A stretch of DNA of 64,000 nucleotides from Macrostomum lignano (lineage: Eukaryota), in NCBI GenBank assembly GCA_002269645.1, contig NIVC01000126.1:372001-436000 (forward strand), written 5' to 3'. Position numbers and translations under genes: made by a program. The notes below the pieces were generated by a model. That model had not been told where the DNA came from and did no database searches. It worked only from the letters and a program-made list of their open reading frames with translations. Numbering within the stretch: position 1 is the stretch's first letter; each line of letters starts with the position of its first letter. Below, in pieces: positions 53,606 to 64,000 of the stretch.

Positions 53606-56600
53606 ATGAGCATTAGCAGCAAGAAAAGTTCGGCGATGGAGATGGATTCAGAATTATCCCTACTGGTTGGCAACACAAAACCGGACATGAGGAATCTGGT
53701 GAAGTTGAGACGACGGTTGAAGCTGCGCGAGCTGGCTCTGGCGCACACGCGCCTCTGGTCGGAGAGAACTACCATTGAAGGCGTTCAACACCTGATGGCG
53801 GCCCACTCTGTACAGAGGAAATTCTGCTGGGCAATCATTATGCTGACAGTGACGATTCTTGGCCTGGTGCACCTGGTCAGATCGGTGCAAGACTTCCTGG
53901 CTAGCGGTGTCGCCTCGCAGGTCACGGTTGATGCGGCTCCAGCTGAGTTTCCGAGCGTGACGCTGTGCAGCCTCAAACCGGCATCGGAGTCCCTGCTCAG
54001 CTACTACAGGTATGGGAATCAAAGATGGACCTTAATTCCAATTTGGGAATAATAATTTAACAGCTTTATTAGCTCCCTAATTGAGCCTAGAATCCTTTTT
54101 CCCAAGTAGATCCCCAAATGAGGGATATCGACGCTATAATACTCATTTCCCCTTTAGATCTCTAAATGGGAAGATTTCGAGACAAGAATCCTCATTGCCC
54201 CTTTAGATCCCCAAATGGGAAGATTTCAAGACTATAATCTTCATTTCCCCGGCTTTAGATCCCCAAATAGAAAGATTTCGAGACTAGAATCCTCATTTCC
54301 CTTTACGTAGATCCCCAAATGGAGAGATTTAAAGTTAAAATCCTCATTTTCTTTTAAGATCTCAAAATGGAAAGATATTGAGACTAGAATCGTTATTTCC
54401 CCTTTGCCTTTAGATCCCCGAATGGGGAGATTTTGAAACTAGAATCCTGGAATCCTATTTTTATTTCTAGTTAACCTACAGATATGACGGTTCACACTAA
54501 ATTCCTAGGCTCATTCTTTTCTAGTGGAACGATAGTCTATGGCCAAACCTCACTAAAAAGCGAAGCCTGAGAACTCAAAACGAGGCCTGTTAACCGGTTA
54601 ACAGGTGTCACGATGTTTGATGTTGGCGTAGCGGCTAACTATGGCTAGGACCCTTAAAAGGGCCGTTTTGACAAGCGTTGCAGTAAGTCGTAGTTCCAAA
54701 ATAAGTTGAAGTCAACTCTTGCAAAGCGGATTGTGTAGCGGAGCACTTGGCAATAAAGGCAGGAAACTGCCGTAGTTGTTTTATTGTTAAAATCAATATT
54801 AGGCTTGGTTATTACTGTCAATACACAAACTATGGCTTCTGGGCACTGGCGGCTGCAACAATGGTTTTGAATATAATTGGAGATGAAGTCAAGTGACAGA
54901 CGAGTGATGCGATGGCGACGTAACGTGATGAGCAATGGCAATGAGCACAGTGAAGGCGGTGGGACACAGTAGGCAGGATTGGCGTCAGCCGTGGCGTGAG
55001 ATAAGGAGGCTCGAGGCAGCCAGACAGAGAACAAGGCAGACGAGCCTAAGGAGAGAGAGAGAGAGCAAAACCAGGAAAGAAGGGTGTAGACCCTCAGCTC
55101 GCCAGGCGAGGGTTAATAAAGGAGCGCAGAGGGGGGGGTAGCACGAAGCACGAGCGGTTCTCATTGGCTGGCTAAAGAACTTAAAATTATCGATCGTGCC
55201 AAAATTCACAGACGAGCGCAAGGCCTACCAAATACACAGTGAATTAGCAATTGATACAGATTATTTGCACGCTACTACAAGTAAACGTTAAAATAAACTA
55301 TTGGAGAAACTAAAATGAGAAATAGCAAGGGAAACTATAGTCCAACGGCCCCTCTCGGGACCACTTAAACTAGCAACGTCACACAGGCCTAATAACAAGG
55401 CCTGAGAACATTTTAGAACGACTATAATTTGTCAGTTAGTCCATTAGAAGTATAAACTATCAACAGCAGTAACGACCGATTCATTCTTGCCGATTCACTC
55501 GAACATGCATGATTTCTACGGTGTTGGTGTCACCGTGGACAGTCATGCGCATCTTCTTGGTAGTACCCTCAGACACGACATCTTGCTCATTGGTCCGCCC
55601 GTTGGACTCCACGGCTCCTCCGGCGTGTAGAGCGTAGGTCATACGCGAATGGTCCTGGACGTCTAGCCGTATGTACCTCTCAATAGCGTTGGACGAATGT
55701 CCAGTGACGCGGGCTATATCGTCCCTAGCCAGTCCAGCCCGATGCAACGTGCTGGCACAAGTCTTCCTTAGAGACTGGTTTGAGAATTTACCATCCGTAG
55801 ACACGGGCTTGGTGATATTCGCCACAATGGAGTCGAGAGTATGCCGGCCGATAGGTCCATTCTGGTACATTGGATCTCTGATTTTCTCTAGCTGCCCAAA
55901 CCTTTCCTTTCTCGCTTTTAATTTAAGCATCGAATCTTTTACTTTAATTTTTATGTCTATGGTTAAATGTGGGGGGCTGCGCCCCCCACACCCCCGCTTT
56001 TGACGAATACCTCACTCCCACTCCCAGTCGCTTCCAATATCTGTAGATTAAGTACGATCTTCGTCTGTTCTTTTGGTGTCTATGGCAGAAAGACCTCGGA
56101 CGCAATTCTAAGGCCTCGGCTTCGCCTCGGCCTGAGAACAGCGTCCTCGGCCTTTCTCTGCCATAGGAACCAAAAGAACAGACAAAGATTATATACATCC
56201 CCAGATGGGGAGTTTTCGAGACTAGAATCCTCATTTCCAAAGTAGATCCACAAATAGGGAAATTTCTCGACTTGAATCCCCAGGAGAGATTTCCGCGTGT
56301 GGTAAAAAATTCCTAGAAACAAAATGCTCTGTCAGTCTATTGCTAGTAGTATTCAAGTACAGTGTTTTTCATTTAATTTTTAAACTGGTCTTGTTTTTTG
56401 CTTTAAAAGCGGCTGCTCTTGCGGGCTTGCGGGGTGAATTTTCAAACACACAAAGCAATGACTAAAGAATCGATTCCTTAATTTCCTACTTGTCATCGAT
56501 TTTTCTTGTCACTATCCAGACCGGTGATGGACAGACACCTGGAGCGTCACTGGGGCTACTTTGACGCCTGGTTTGCCCATCAGAGGCGTCAGGGTAAAAC

Positions 56601-56677
56601 CGAGACCTACAGAGATTACCGCCTGCGCATTGTGAAGGTGCTGGCCAAGATGTTGGAGGTGAGTTTTGTTATCTGTT

Positions 56678-56708
<31 letters not shown>

Positions 56709-56711
56709 CTA

Positions 56712-56752
<41 letters not shown>

Positions 56753-59700
56753 CTAAGACAGACAGACAGACAGACACTAAGACAGACACTATGACAGACA
56801 CTGAGACAGACAGACAGACACTAAGACAGACACTAAGACAGACACTAAGACAGACAGACAGACAGACACTAGGACACACACTAAGACAGACACTAAAACA
56901 GACACTAAGACACACACTAAGACAGACACTAAGACACACACTAAAACAGACACTAAGACACACACTAAGACAGACACTAAGACAGACACTAAGACAGACA
57001 CTAAGACAGACACTAGGACAGACACTAAGACAGACACTAAGACAGACACTAAGACACACTAAGACACACACTAAGACACACACTAAGACACACACTAAGA
57101 CACACACTAAGACAGACACTAAGACACACTAAGACACACACTAAGACACACACTAAGACAGACACTAAGACAGACACTAAGACACACACTAAGACACACA
57201 CTAAGACACACACTAAGACAGACACTAAGACAGACACTAAGACAGACACTAAGACACACACTAAGACACACACTAAGACACACACTAAGACAGACACTAA
57301 GACAGACACTAAGACAGACACTAAGACACACACTAAGACACACACTAAGACACACACTAAGACACACACTAAGACAGACACTAAGACACACACTAAGACA
57401 GACACTAAGACAGACACTAAGACAGACACTAAGACACACACTAAGACAGACACTAAAACAGACACTAAGACACACACTAAGACAGACACTAAGACACACA
57501 CTAAAACAGACACTAAGACACACACTAAGACAGACACTAAGACAGACACTAAGACAGACACTAAGACAGACACTAGGACAGACACTAAGACAGACACTAA
57601 GACAGACACTAAGACACACTAAGACACACACTAAGACACACACTAAGACACACACTAAGACACACACTAAGACAGACACTAAGACACACTAAGACACACA
57701 CTAAGACACACACTAAGACAGACACTAAGACAGACACTAAGACACACACTAAGACACACACTAAGACACACACTAAGACAGACACTAAGACAGACACTAA
57801 GACAGACACTAAGACACACACTAAGACACACACTAAGACACACACTAAGACAGACACTAAGACAGACACTAAGACAGACACTAAGACACACACTAAGACA
57901 CACACTAAGACACACACTAAGACACACACTAAGACAGACACTAAGACACACACTAAGACAGACACTAAGACAGACACTAAGACAGACACTAAGACACACA
58001 CTAAGGCAGACACTAAGGCAGACACTAAAACAGACACTAAGACAGACACTAAGACACACACTAAGACAGACACTAAGACAGACACTAAGACACACACTAA
58101 GGCAGACACTAAGGCAGACACTAAGACAGACACTAAGACACACACTAAGACAGACACTAAGACAGACACTAAGACAGACACTAAGACACACACTAAGGCA
58201 GACACTAAAACAGACACTAAGACAGACACTAAGACACACACTAAGACAGACACTAAGACAGACACTAAGACACACACTAAGGCAGACACTAAGGCAGACA
58301 CTAAGACAGACACTAAGACACACACTAAGACAGACACTAAGACAGACACTAAGACAGACACTAAGACACACACTAAGACAGACACTAAGACAGACACTAA
58401 GACACACACTAAGGCAGACACTAAGGCAGACACTAAGACAGACACTAAGACAGACACTAAGACAGACACTAAGACACACACTAAGGCAGATACTAAGACA
58501 GACACTAAGACACACACTAAGGCAGACACTAAGGCAGACACTAAGACAGACACTAAGACAGACACTAAGACAGACACTAAGACACACACTAAGACAGACA
58601 CTAAGACACACACTAAGACACACACTAAGGCAGACAGCCACCTGAACTCCACCAGGTGCTGTGGGTGTCGGACGACACGCGAGACCTCAGCCTGCTAGAC
58701 TACAGCACCATACTGGAGTGCAAGTTCAACGGGCAGCCCTGCAACAAGAAGAATTTCAGCCTGGTGCAGCACTACCGCCACTGGAACTGCTACATGTTCC
58801 GGCCCCACTCCAGCCTGAGATACGACAATCCAACTGGCGAGCACAATGCCGGCCTCATGTTGAACATCTTTGCCGATAGCAATTTTTTCTCGTCAACTTC
58901 AAGCAGTCGCTCTGAGTACAACCGATCGCGGCGGGATAGCAACAGAAACTATCGAATTGAAGGCTTGTCTCTGAGACAGTTTCTGGCTGATGAGCAGTCA
59001 GAGTTTCGGTTGAATCGCCTGTTGGACGTCAATCATCTTAGCTCGGATGGAATGCAGGTCATCCTGCATCCCACTGGATCCTATCCCATGTTTTGTGAGT
59101 GCTGTTCTCGCAGCTTCTTTCGGGCGATTCTGTCAGGGGGCGATTCTGTCAGGGGGCGATTCTGTCAGGGGTGATTCTGTCAGGGGGCGATTCTGTCAGG
59201 GGGTGATTCTGTCAAGAAGCGATTCTGTCAGGGGAGATTGTGTCAGGGGGCGATTCTGTCAGGGGAGATTGTGTCAGGGGGCGATTCTGTCAGGGGAGAT
59301 TGTGTCAGGGGGCGATTCTGTCAGGGGAGATTGTGTCAGGGGGCGATTCTGTCAGGGGAGATTGTGTCAGGGGGCGATTGTGTCAGGGGAGATTGTGTCA
59401 GGGGGCGATTCTGTGAGGGGAGATTGTGTCAGCGGGCGATTCTGTCAGTGGACGACTATGTCAGGGGGCGATTCTGTCAGGGGGCGATTCTGTCAGGGGG
59501 CGATTCTGTCAGGGGGCGATTCTGTCAGGGGGCGATTCTGTCAGGGGGCGATTCTGTCAGGGGGCGATTCTGTCAGGGGGCGATTCTGTCAGGGGGCGAT
59601 TCTGTCAGGGGCGATTCTGTCAGGGGGCGATTCTGTCAGGGGGCGATTCTGTCAGGGGGCGATTCTGTCAGGGGGCGATTCTGTCAGGGGGCGATTCTGT

Positions 59701-62633
59701 CAGGGGGCGATTTTGTCAGGGGGCGATTCTGTCAGGGGGCGATTCTGTCAGGGGGCGATTCTGTCAGGGGGCGATTCTGTCAGGGGGCGATTCTGTCAGG
59801 GGGCGATTCTGTCAGGGGGCGATTCTGTCAGGGGTTAAGTCTGTCAGAGGCGATGCTTTCAGGCGTGATTCTGTCCGGGGTGATTCTGTCAGGGGTAATT
59901 CTGTTAGGAGACGATTCTGTCACGGGGCGATTCTGTCAGATGGCGATTCTGTGTGAGGTGATTCTGTCAGGAAGCGATTCTGTCAGGGGCAATATCTATA
60001 TACATTTCCGAAAAAGCAGACAGATCCATCATTTAGCATTTAATTAATGCACTAACAAGTTGTTATTCAATATCGCTCAGACAAGACCAGATTCACTGTG
60101 AAGAACTCCGAATCAGCAATACTGCACGTATTCTCAATGGAGAGAAATCGAATCAACCAAGCGGACAGTCCGTGCTCCAGCCGGCCGCTCGGGACCATAG
60201 ACTACGTGACCAACTTCGGAATTGAACCGGACAATCAAAAGCGAAGAGAATTCACAGAGAGCGTGGAAGATGTACTGAATGACCGGATACAAGATCTGAT
60301 TTATCAGCGATGCGGTTGTTACTCCCATCGGATGCCATTTCGAGTGGGAAAAAGCCTCCTATGCTATTATGCACCGCTGCAGTACCGGAAACAACCCAGT
60401 AGTGAATTGCTAACTCAGATCTACTGTCACGATTATTGGCATCAGAAGTTCATTGGAATTTCTGAGTTAGACGATGTTAGCACCGTTATTAGGCCGTGTC
60501 ACGAAACGTATCGTGAGGTTCGGTATAAGAGTACTAGGTGAGTTGCTTTGGTGCTAGTTCTCTAGAATGGTAGATATTAGCATAGTAGACTGGTAGATAT
60601 TAGCATAGTAGACTGGTAGAAATTGCAATAGCAGACTGGTAGATATTAGCATAGTAGACTGGTAGAAATTGCAATAGCAGACTGGTAGATATTAGCATAG
60701 TAGACTGGTAGATATTGGCATAGTAGACTGGTAGATATTTGCATAGTAGACTGGTAGATATTGGCATAGTAGACTGGTAGATATTGGCATAGTAGACTGG
60801 TAGTTATTGCAATGGTAGACTGGTAGATATTAGCATAGTAGACTGGTAGATATTAGCATAGTAGACTGGTAGACATTGCAATAGTAGACTGGTAGTTATT
60901 GCAATAGTAGACTGGTAGATATTAGCATAGTAGACTGGTAGATATTAGCATAGTAGACTGGTAGATATTGCAATAGTAGACTGGTAGTTATTGCAATAGT
61001 AGACTGGTAGATATTAGCATAGTAGACTGGTAGTTATTGCAATGGTAGACTGGTAGATATTAGCATAGTAGACTGGTAGATATTAGCATAGTAGACTGGT
61101 AGACATTGCAATAGTAGACTGGTAGTTATTGCAATAGTAGACTGGTAGATATTAGCATAGTAGACTGGTAGATATTAGCATAGTAGACTGGTAGACATTG
61201 CAATAGTAGACTGGTAGTTATTGCAATAGTAGACTGGTAGATATTAGCATAGTAGACTGGTAGATATTAGCATAGTAGACTGGTAGATATTAGCATAGTA
61301 GACTGGTAGATATTGCAATAGTAGACTGGTAGATATTAGCATAGTAGACTGGTAGTTATTGCAATAGTAGACTGGTAGTTATTGCAATAGTAGACTGGTA
61401 GATATTGCAATAGTAGACTGGTAGTTATTGCAATAGTAGACTGGTAGATATTAGCATAGTAGACTGGTAGATATTGCAATAGTAGACTGGTAGTTATTGC
61501 AATAGTAGACTGGTAGATATTAGCATAGTAGACTGGTAGATATTGCAATAGTAGACTGGTAGTTATTGCAATAGTAGACTGGTAGTTATTGCAATAGTAG
61601 ACTGGTAGTTATTGCAATAGTAGACTGGTAGATATTGCAATAGTAGACTGGTAGTTATTGCAATAGTAGACTGGTAGTTATTGTAATAGTAGACTGGTAG
61701 GTATTGCAATGGTAGACTGGTAGATATTAGCATAGTAGACTGGTAGATATTAGCATAGTAGACTGGTAGATATTGGCATAGTAGACTGGTAGTTATTGCA
61801 ATGGTAGACTGGTAGATATTAGCATAGTAGACTGGTAGATATTAGCATAGTAGACTGGTAGATATTGGCATAGTAGACTGGTAGTTATTGCAATGGTAGA
61901 CTGGTAGATATTAGCATAGTAGACTGGTAGATATTAGCATAGTAGACTGGTAGATATTAGCATAGTAGACTGGTAGATATTAGCATAGTAGACTGGTAGA
62001 TATTGGCATAGTAGACTGGTAGTTATTGCAATGGTAGACTGGTAGATATTAGCATAGTAGACAGGACAGCTAGATATATACACACAGACGGCAGACAACG
62101 CACATTTAAAAGTGCACATGCATCTGCAGATGGCCCACTGACGAGGACCTGGTATCGGTGACCATTTTGTACTTTCTACACCGGTTGGCAAACGGCACGG
62201 AATTGTCAGGACCGAACGACCCCCATGATCATCGAATATTTAATTTCTCCGATGCGGAAGTTGTAGCGGCTGCCACTAAAAATGGCACTATAAAGTTGAG
62301 CAGCCGTGAGAACGTCGCCATCAGATCCCTGCTGCTGCCCCGCTGCGCTGGCATTCATGAATTTCACGAAGGCAACATCGCTGAGACGGCGGCCTGTTTG
62401 AACAAGGACATTGTCAGGAGAAATCTATTAAGAATCAATGTGCGACTTGCATCACCTGCTGCCACCGTGTATAACGAGTCCTATTCGTATACGGGAATCG
62501 AGTTCCTGTCCGAGGTAGGTAGTTTTAGCTCGAATTGCATGCGGTTGGTTTGTTTGCTGCCTAGTTATTTGATACATGTTAGTTAGTTAGGTAGTTAGCA
62601 TAACTACCTAACTTAGGTAGTTAGTTAGTTAGC

Positions 62634-62667
<34 letters not shown>

Positions 62668-62668
62668 T

Positions 62669-62701
<33 letters not shown>

Positions 62702-63211
62702 CAGTTAGTTAGTTAGTTAGGTAGTTAGTTAGTTAGTTAGTTAGTTAGGTAGTTAGTTAGTCAACATGGACTCTTGCGCCACGACCCCTGGTTCGAGTCT
62801 CCAGTCCCCATTACTTTGGCCGGTGGGTGTCGTGTGATTCACAGCCATGAAGACCGACCCTTTATTCGCACAGAAAGTGTACATGTCTGACGATTAAAAA
62901 GTCAGGGCCGCTGTACACCCTGTGTGAGCGTGTGCATGACTGCATGCCTGCGTACAGTATTGACGCGCTTGCGGTACGGATGTCGCTGAAGACCCGCAGA
63001 CCTCCTAGATATGAATTATTCGTTAGCATTTCATGGAATTGAATGAATTTGAATAGATTTGAAAAATGGTATCTGTTAATTTTTTTCCTCTTTTCAGATT
63101 GGCGGCGTTTTGGGCCTCTGGTTTGGCGTCAGCTTGCTTACTATATTCGAATTTTTCGAACTGATTTATGTTATAATGAGGTCCAAGCAGCGCATTGACA
63201 AAAATTTTTAA
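53606..63211 (+). CDS. DEG/ENaC (amiloride-sensitive channel family) subunit, 6 coding exons, ~645 aa
   Basis: Exons 53606-54009, 56520-56658, 58656-59094, 60081-60537, 62130-62514, 63098-63211, total 1938 nt in frame. TM1 followed by [40 protein letters not shown], and TM2 [26 protein letters not shown] with the GxS filter. Confidence 0.9.
54085..54460. repeat. ~49-bp minisatellite of the same family as Mx intron 5; it resumes at ~56195-56290 after an insertion
   Basis: Units of gagactagaatcctcatttccc...agatccccaaatgg lie on both sides of the 54480-56190 block. Confidence 0.85.
54480..56190 (-). mobile_element. Degenerate Crypton-like element carrying a tyrosine recombinase C-terminal fragment (55481-55930)
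   Basis: [17 protein letters not shown]...[18 protein letters not shown]...[15 protein letters not shown] resembles the H-x-x-R / TGH / Y motifs of Crypton/DUF3504-type recombinases. A ~50-bp-arm hairpin lies at ~56055-56190. Boundaries are inferred from interruption of the minisatellite. Confidence 0.6.
54606..55383 (-). mobile_element. Solo LTR (778 bp), probably Ty3/gypsy type
   Basis: TGTCACG...CGTCACA termini and a 4-bp TSD CAGG (54602-54605 and 55384-55387). On the minus strand a CCAAT, a TATA-like tttattaa and AATAAA occur in the expected order, so orientation is tentative. Confidence 0.75.
56678..58635. repeat. (CAGA)n grading into a 12-bp minisatellite (agacagacacta / agacacacacta)
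   Basis: Fills ENaC intron 2. Irregular 10-bp units recur 560 bp apart (57049/57609, 57119/57679). Confidence 0.97.
59120..59990. repeat. 16-bp minisatellite (gggggcgattctgtca)
   Basis: About 54 units filling ENaC intron 3. Confidence 0.96.
60565..62062. repeat. 23-bp minisatellite (tagtagactggtagatattagca)
   Basis: About 65 units filling ENaC intron 4. Confidence 0.97.
62580..62762. repeat. (TTAG)n microsatellite
   Basis: A direct tetranucleotide run in ENaC intron 5. Confidence 0.95.
62765..62985 (+). mobile_element. 5'-truncated SINE (same family as 19335)
   Basis: tggactcttgcgccacgacccctGGTTCGAGTCtcc head remnant plus the gggccgctgtacaccctgtgtgagcgtgtgcatga body. Confidence 0.65.
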
Positions 63212-63684
63212 CTATTATATAAAAACTTTCTGTATAATTTAAATGTTAAACAACGAAACAAGACAGACAGAAATATTGTAGCTAATTAATAGTTTTAAAA
63301 AGATCAAAACGCTTTATTTTATTTTAAAAAACTGACACATATAAATGATTATGCTTTAAACATAGACTGGCAATGATTTTCAGAAAATGTTTAGGAAAAT
63401 TTTAATATTGCACCGCAAAAAACAAACAGACGCAACAAAAAAACAACGTAATAACACATGTAAAATTGTTAATAGCTACACATAAAATACGAGCTTTTTA
63501 ATAGTTCCTAATACCGATTTAAATCTTAGCTATTAGTAGATATTTACTTTTTCCAACTGCTGGTGAATATACATTTTAATTTTACGTTACTCCTTTTTTA
63601 ATTTGTTCAACTATATTAATAAAATTTCAACTAGCTATTTCATGCACTAAGATCTACCAATTTAAAAAACTGACCCAATATCTA

Positions 63685-64000
63685 CCAATAAGTCACTATA
63701 AATAACTGCATGACTCAAAATCTAGCAATGAGTCACTATAAATAACTGCATGACTCAAAATCTAGCAATGAGTCACTATAAATAACTGCATGACCCAAAA
63801 TCTAGCAATGAGTCACTATAAATAACTGCATGACTCAAAATCTAGCAATGAGTCACTATAAATAACTGCATGACTCAAAATCTAGCAATGAGTCACTAAA
63901 TAACTGCATGACTCAAAATCTAGCAATGAGTCACTATAAATAACTGCATGACTCAAAATCTAGCAATGAGTCACTAGATAACTGCATGACTCAAAATCTA
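63685..64000. repeat. 40-bp minisatellite (gagtcactataaataactgcatgactcaaaatctagcaat) running off the right edge
   Basis: About 8 units. Each has TGAGTCA and TGACTCA, and most have TATAAA. Confidence 0.95.

Noticed and set aside
54654-55221. Short ORFs inside ENaC intron 1 considered as a nested gene
   Set aside because: They lie within the TG...CA solo LTR and have no recognisable motifs or splice support.
56709-58652. Transmembrane-looking ORFs ([16 protein letters not shown])
   Set aside because: They are antisense translations of the CAGA-derived intronic repeat.
59047-60047. Gly/Arg-rich ORFs ([16 protein letters not shown]) resembling RGG proteins
   Set aside because: They are a 16-bp minisatellite within an intron whose removal gives an in-frame ENaC.
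62580-62762. Telomere-like repeat
   Set aside because: The unit is TTAG, not TTAGGG or TTAGG, and it lies inside an intron.

Overview
This is eukaryotic (metazoan) genomic DNA with GT-AG introns, and most of the longer introns are filled by short-period tandem repeats. That style resembles the flatworm Macrostomum, but the species is inferred and not verified. By hand I can splice six protein-coding genes with consistent reading frames. On the minus strand: a PNPLA2/ATGL-like patatin lipase and a Suv4-20 H4K20 methyltransferase whose first exon I could not find. On the plus strand: a 16-exon TBC1D8/9-like RabGAP, an unnamed coiled-coil plus C-terminal death-domain gene, an Mx-like dynamin-family GTPase and a DEG/ENaC channel subunit. 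There is also a tRNA-Arg(ACG) and possibly the start of a seventh gene at the left edge. Mobile DNA includes an internally deleted maT-type Tc1/mariner element, a hAT-like MITE, two tRNA-derived SINE families, a Crypton-like tyrosine recombinase remnant with a solo LTR nested in a palindrome, and a 5'-truncated Penelope-like element (RT plus GIY-YIG) ending in a hammerhead ribozyme. The most striking structure is at 39.8-43.5 kb: the Penelope-like element is fused at its 5' end to a ~650-bp copy of Mx exon 2 with intron flanks, and the whole cassette lies between ~350-410-bp direct repeats. The neighbouring ENaC gene also has a partial copy of its own exon 2 upstream of exon 1. Related minisatellite families recur in introns of unrelated genes, sometimes in opposite orientation. 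Most long ORFs in the supplied track are translations of tandem repeats. Repeat boundaries are approximate; exon boundaries were read by hand.
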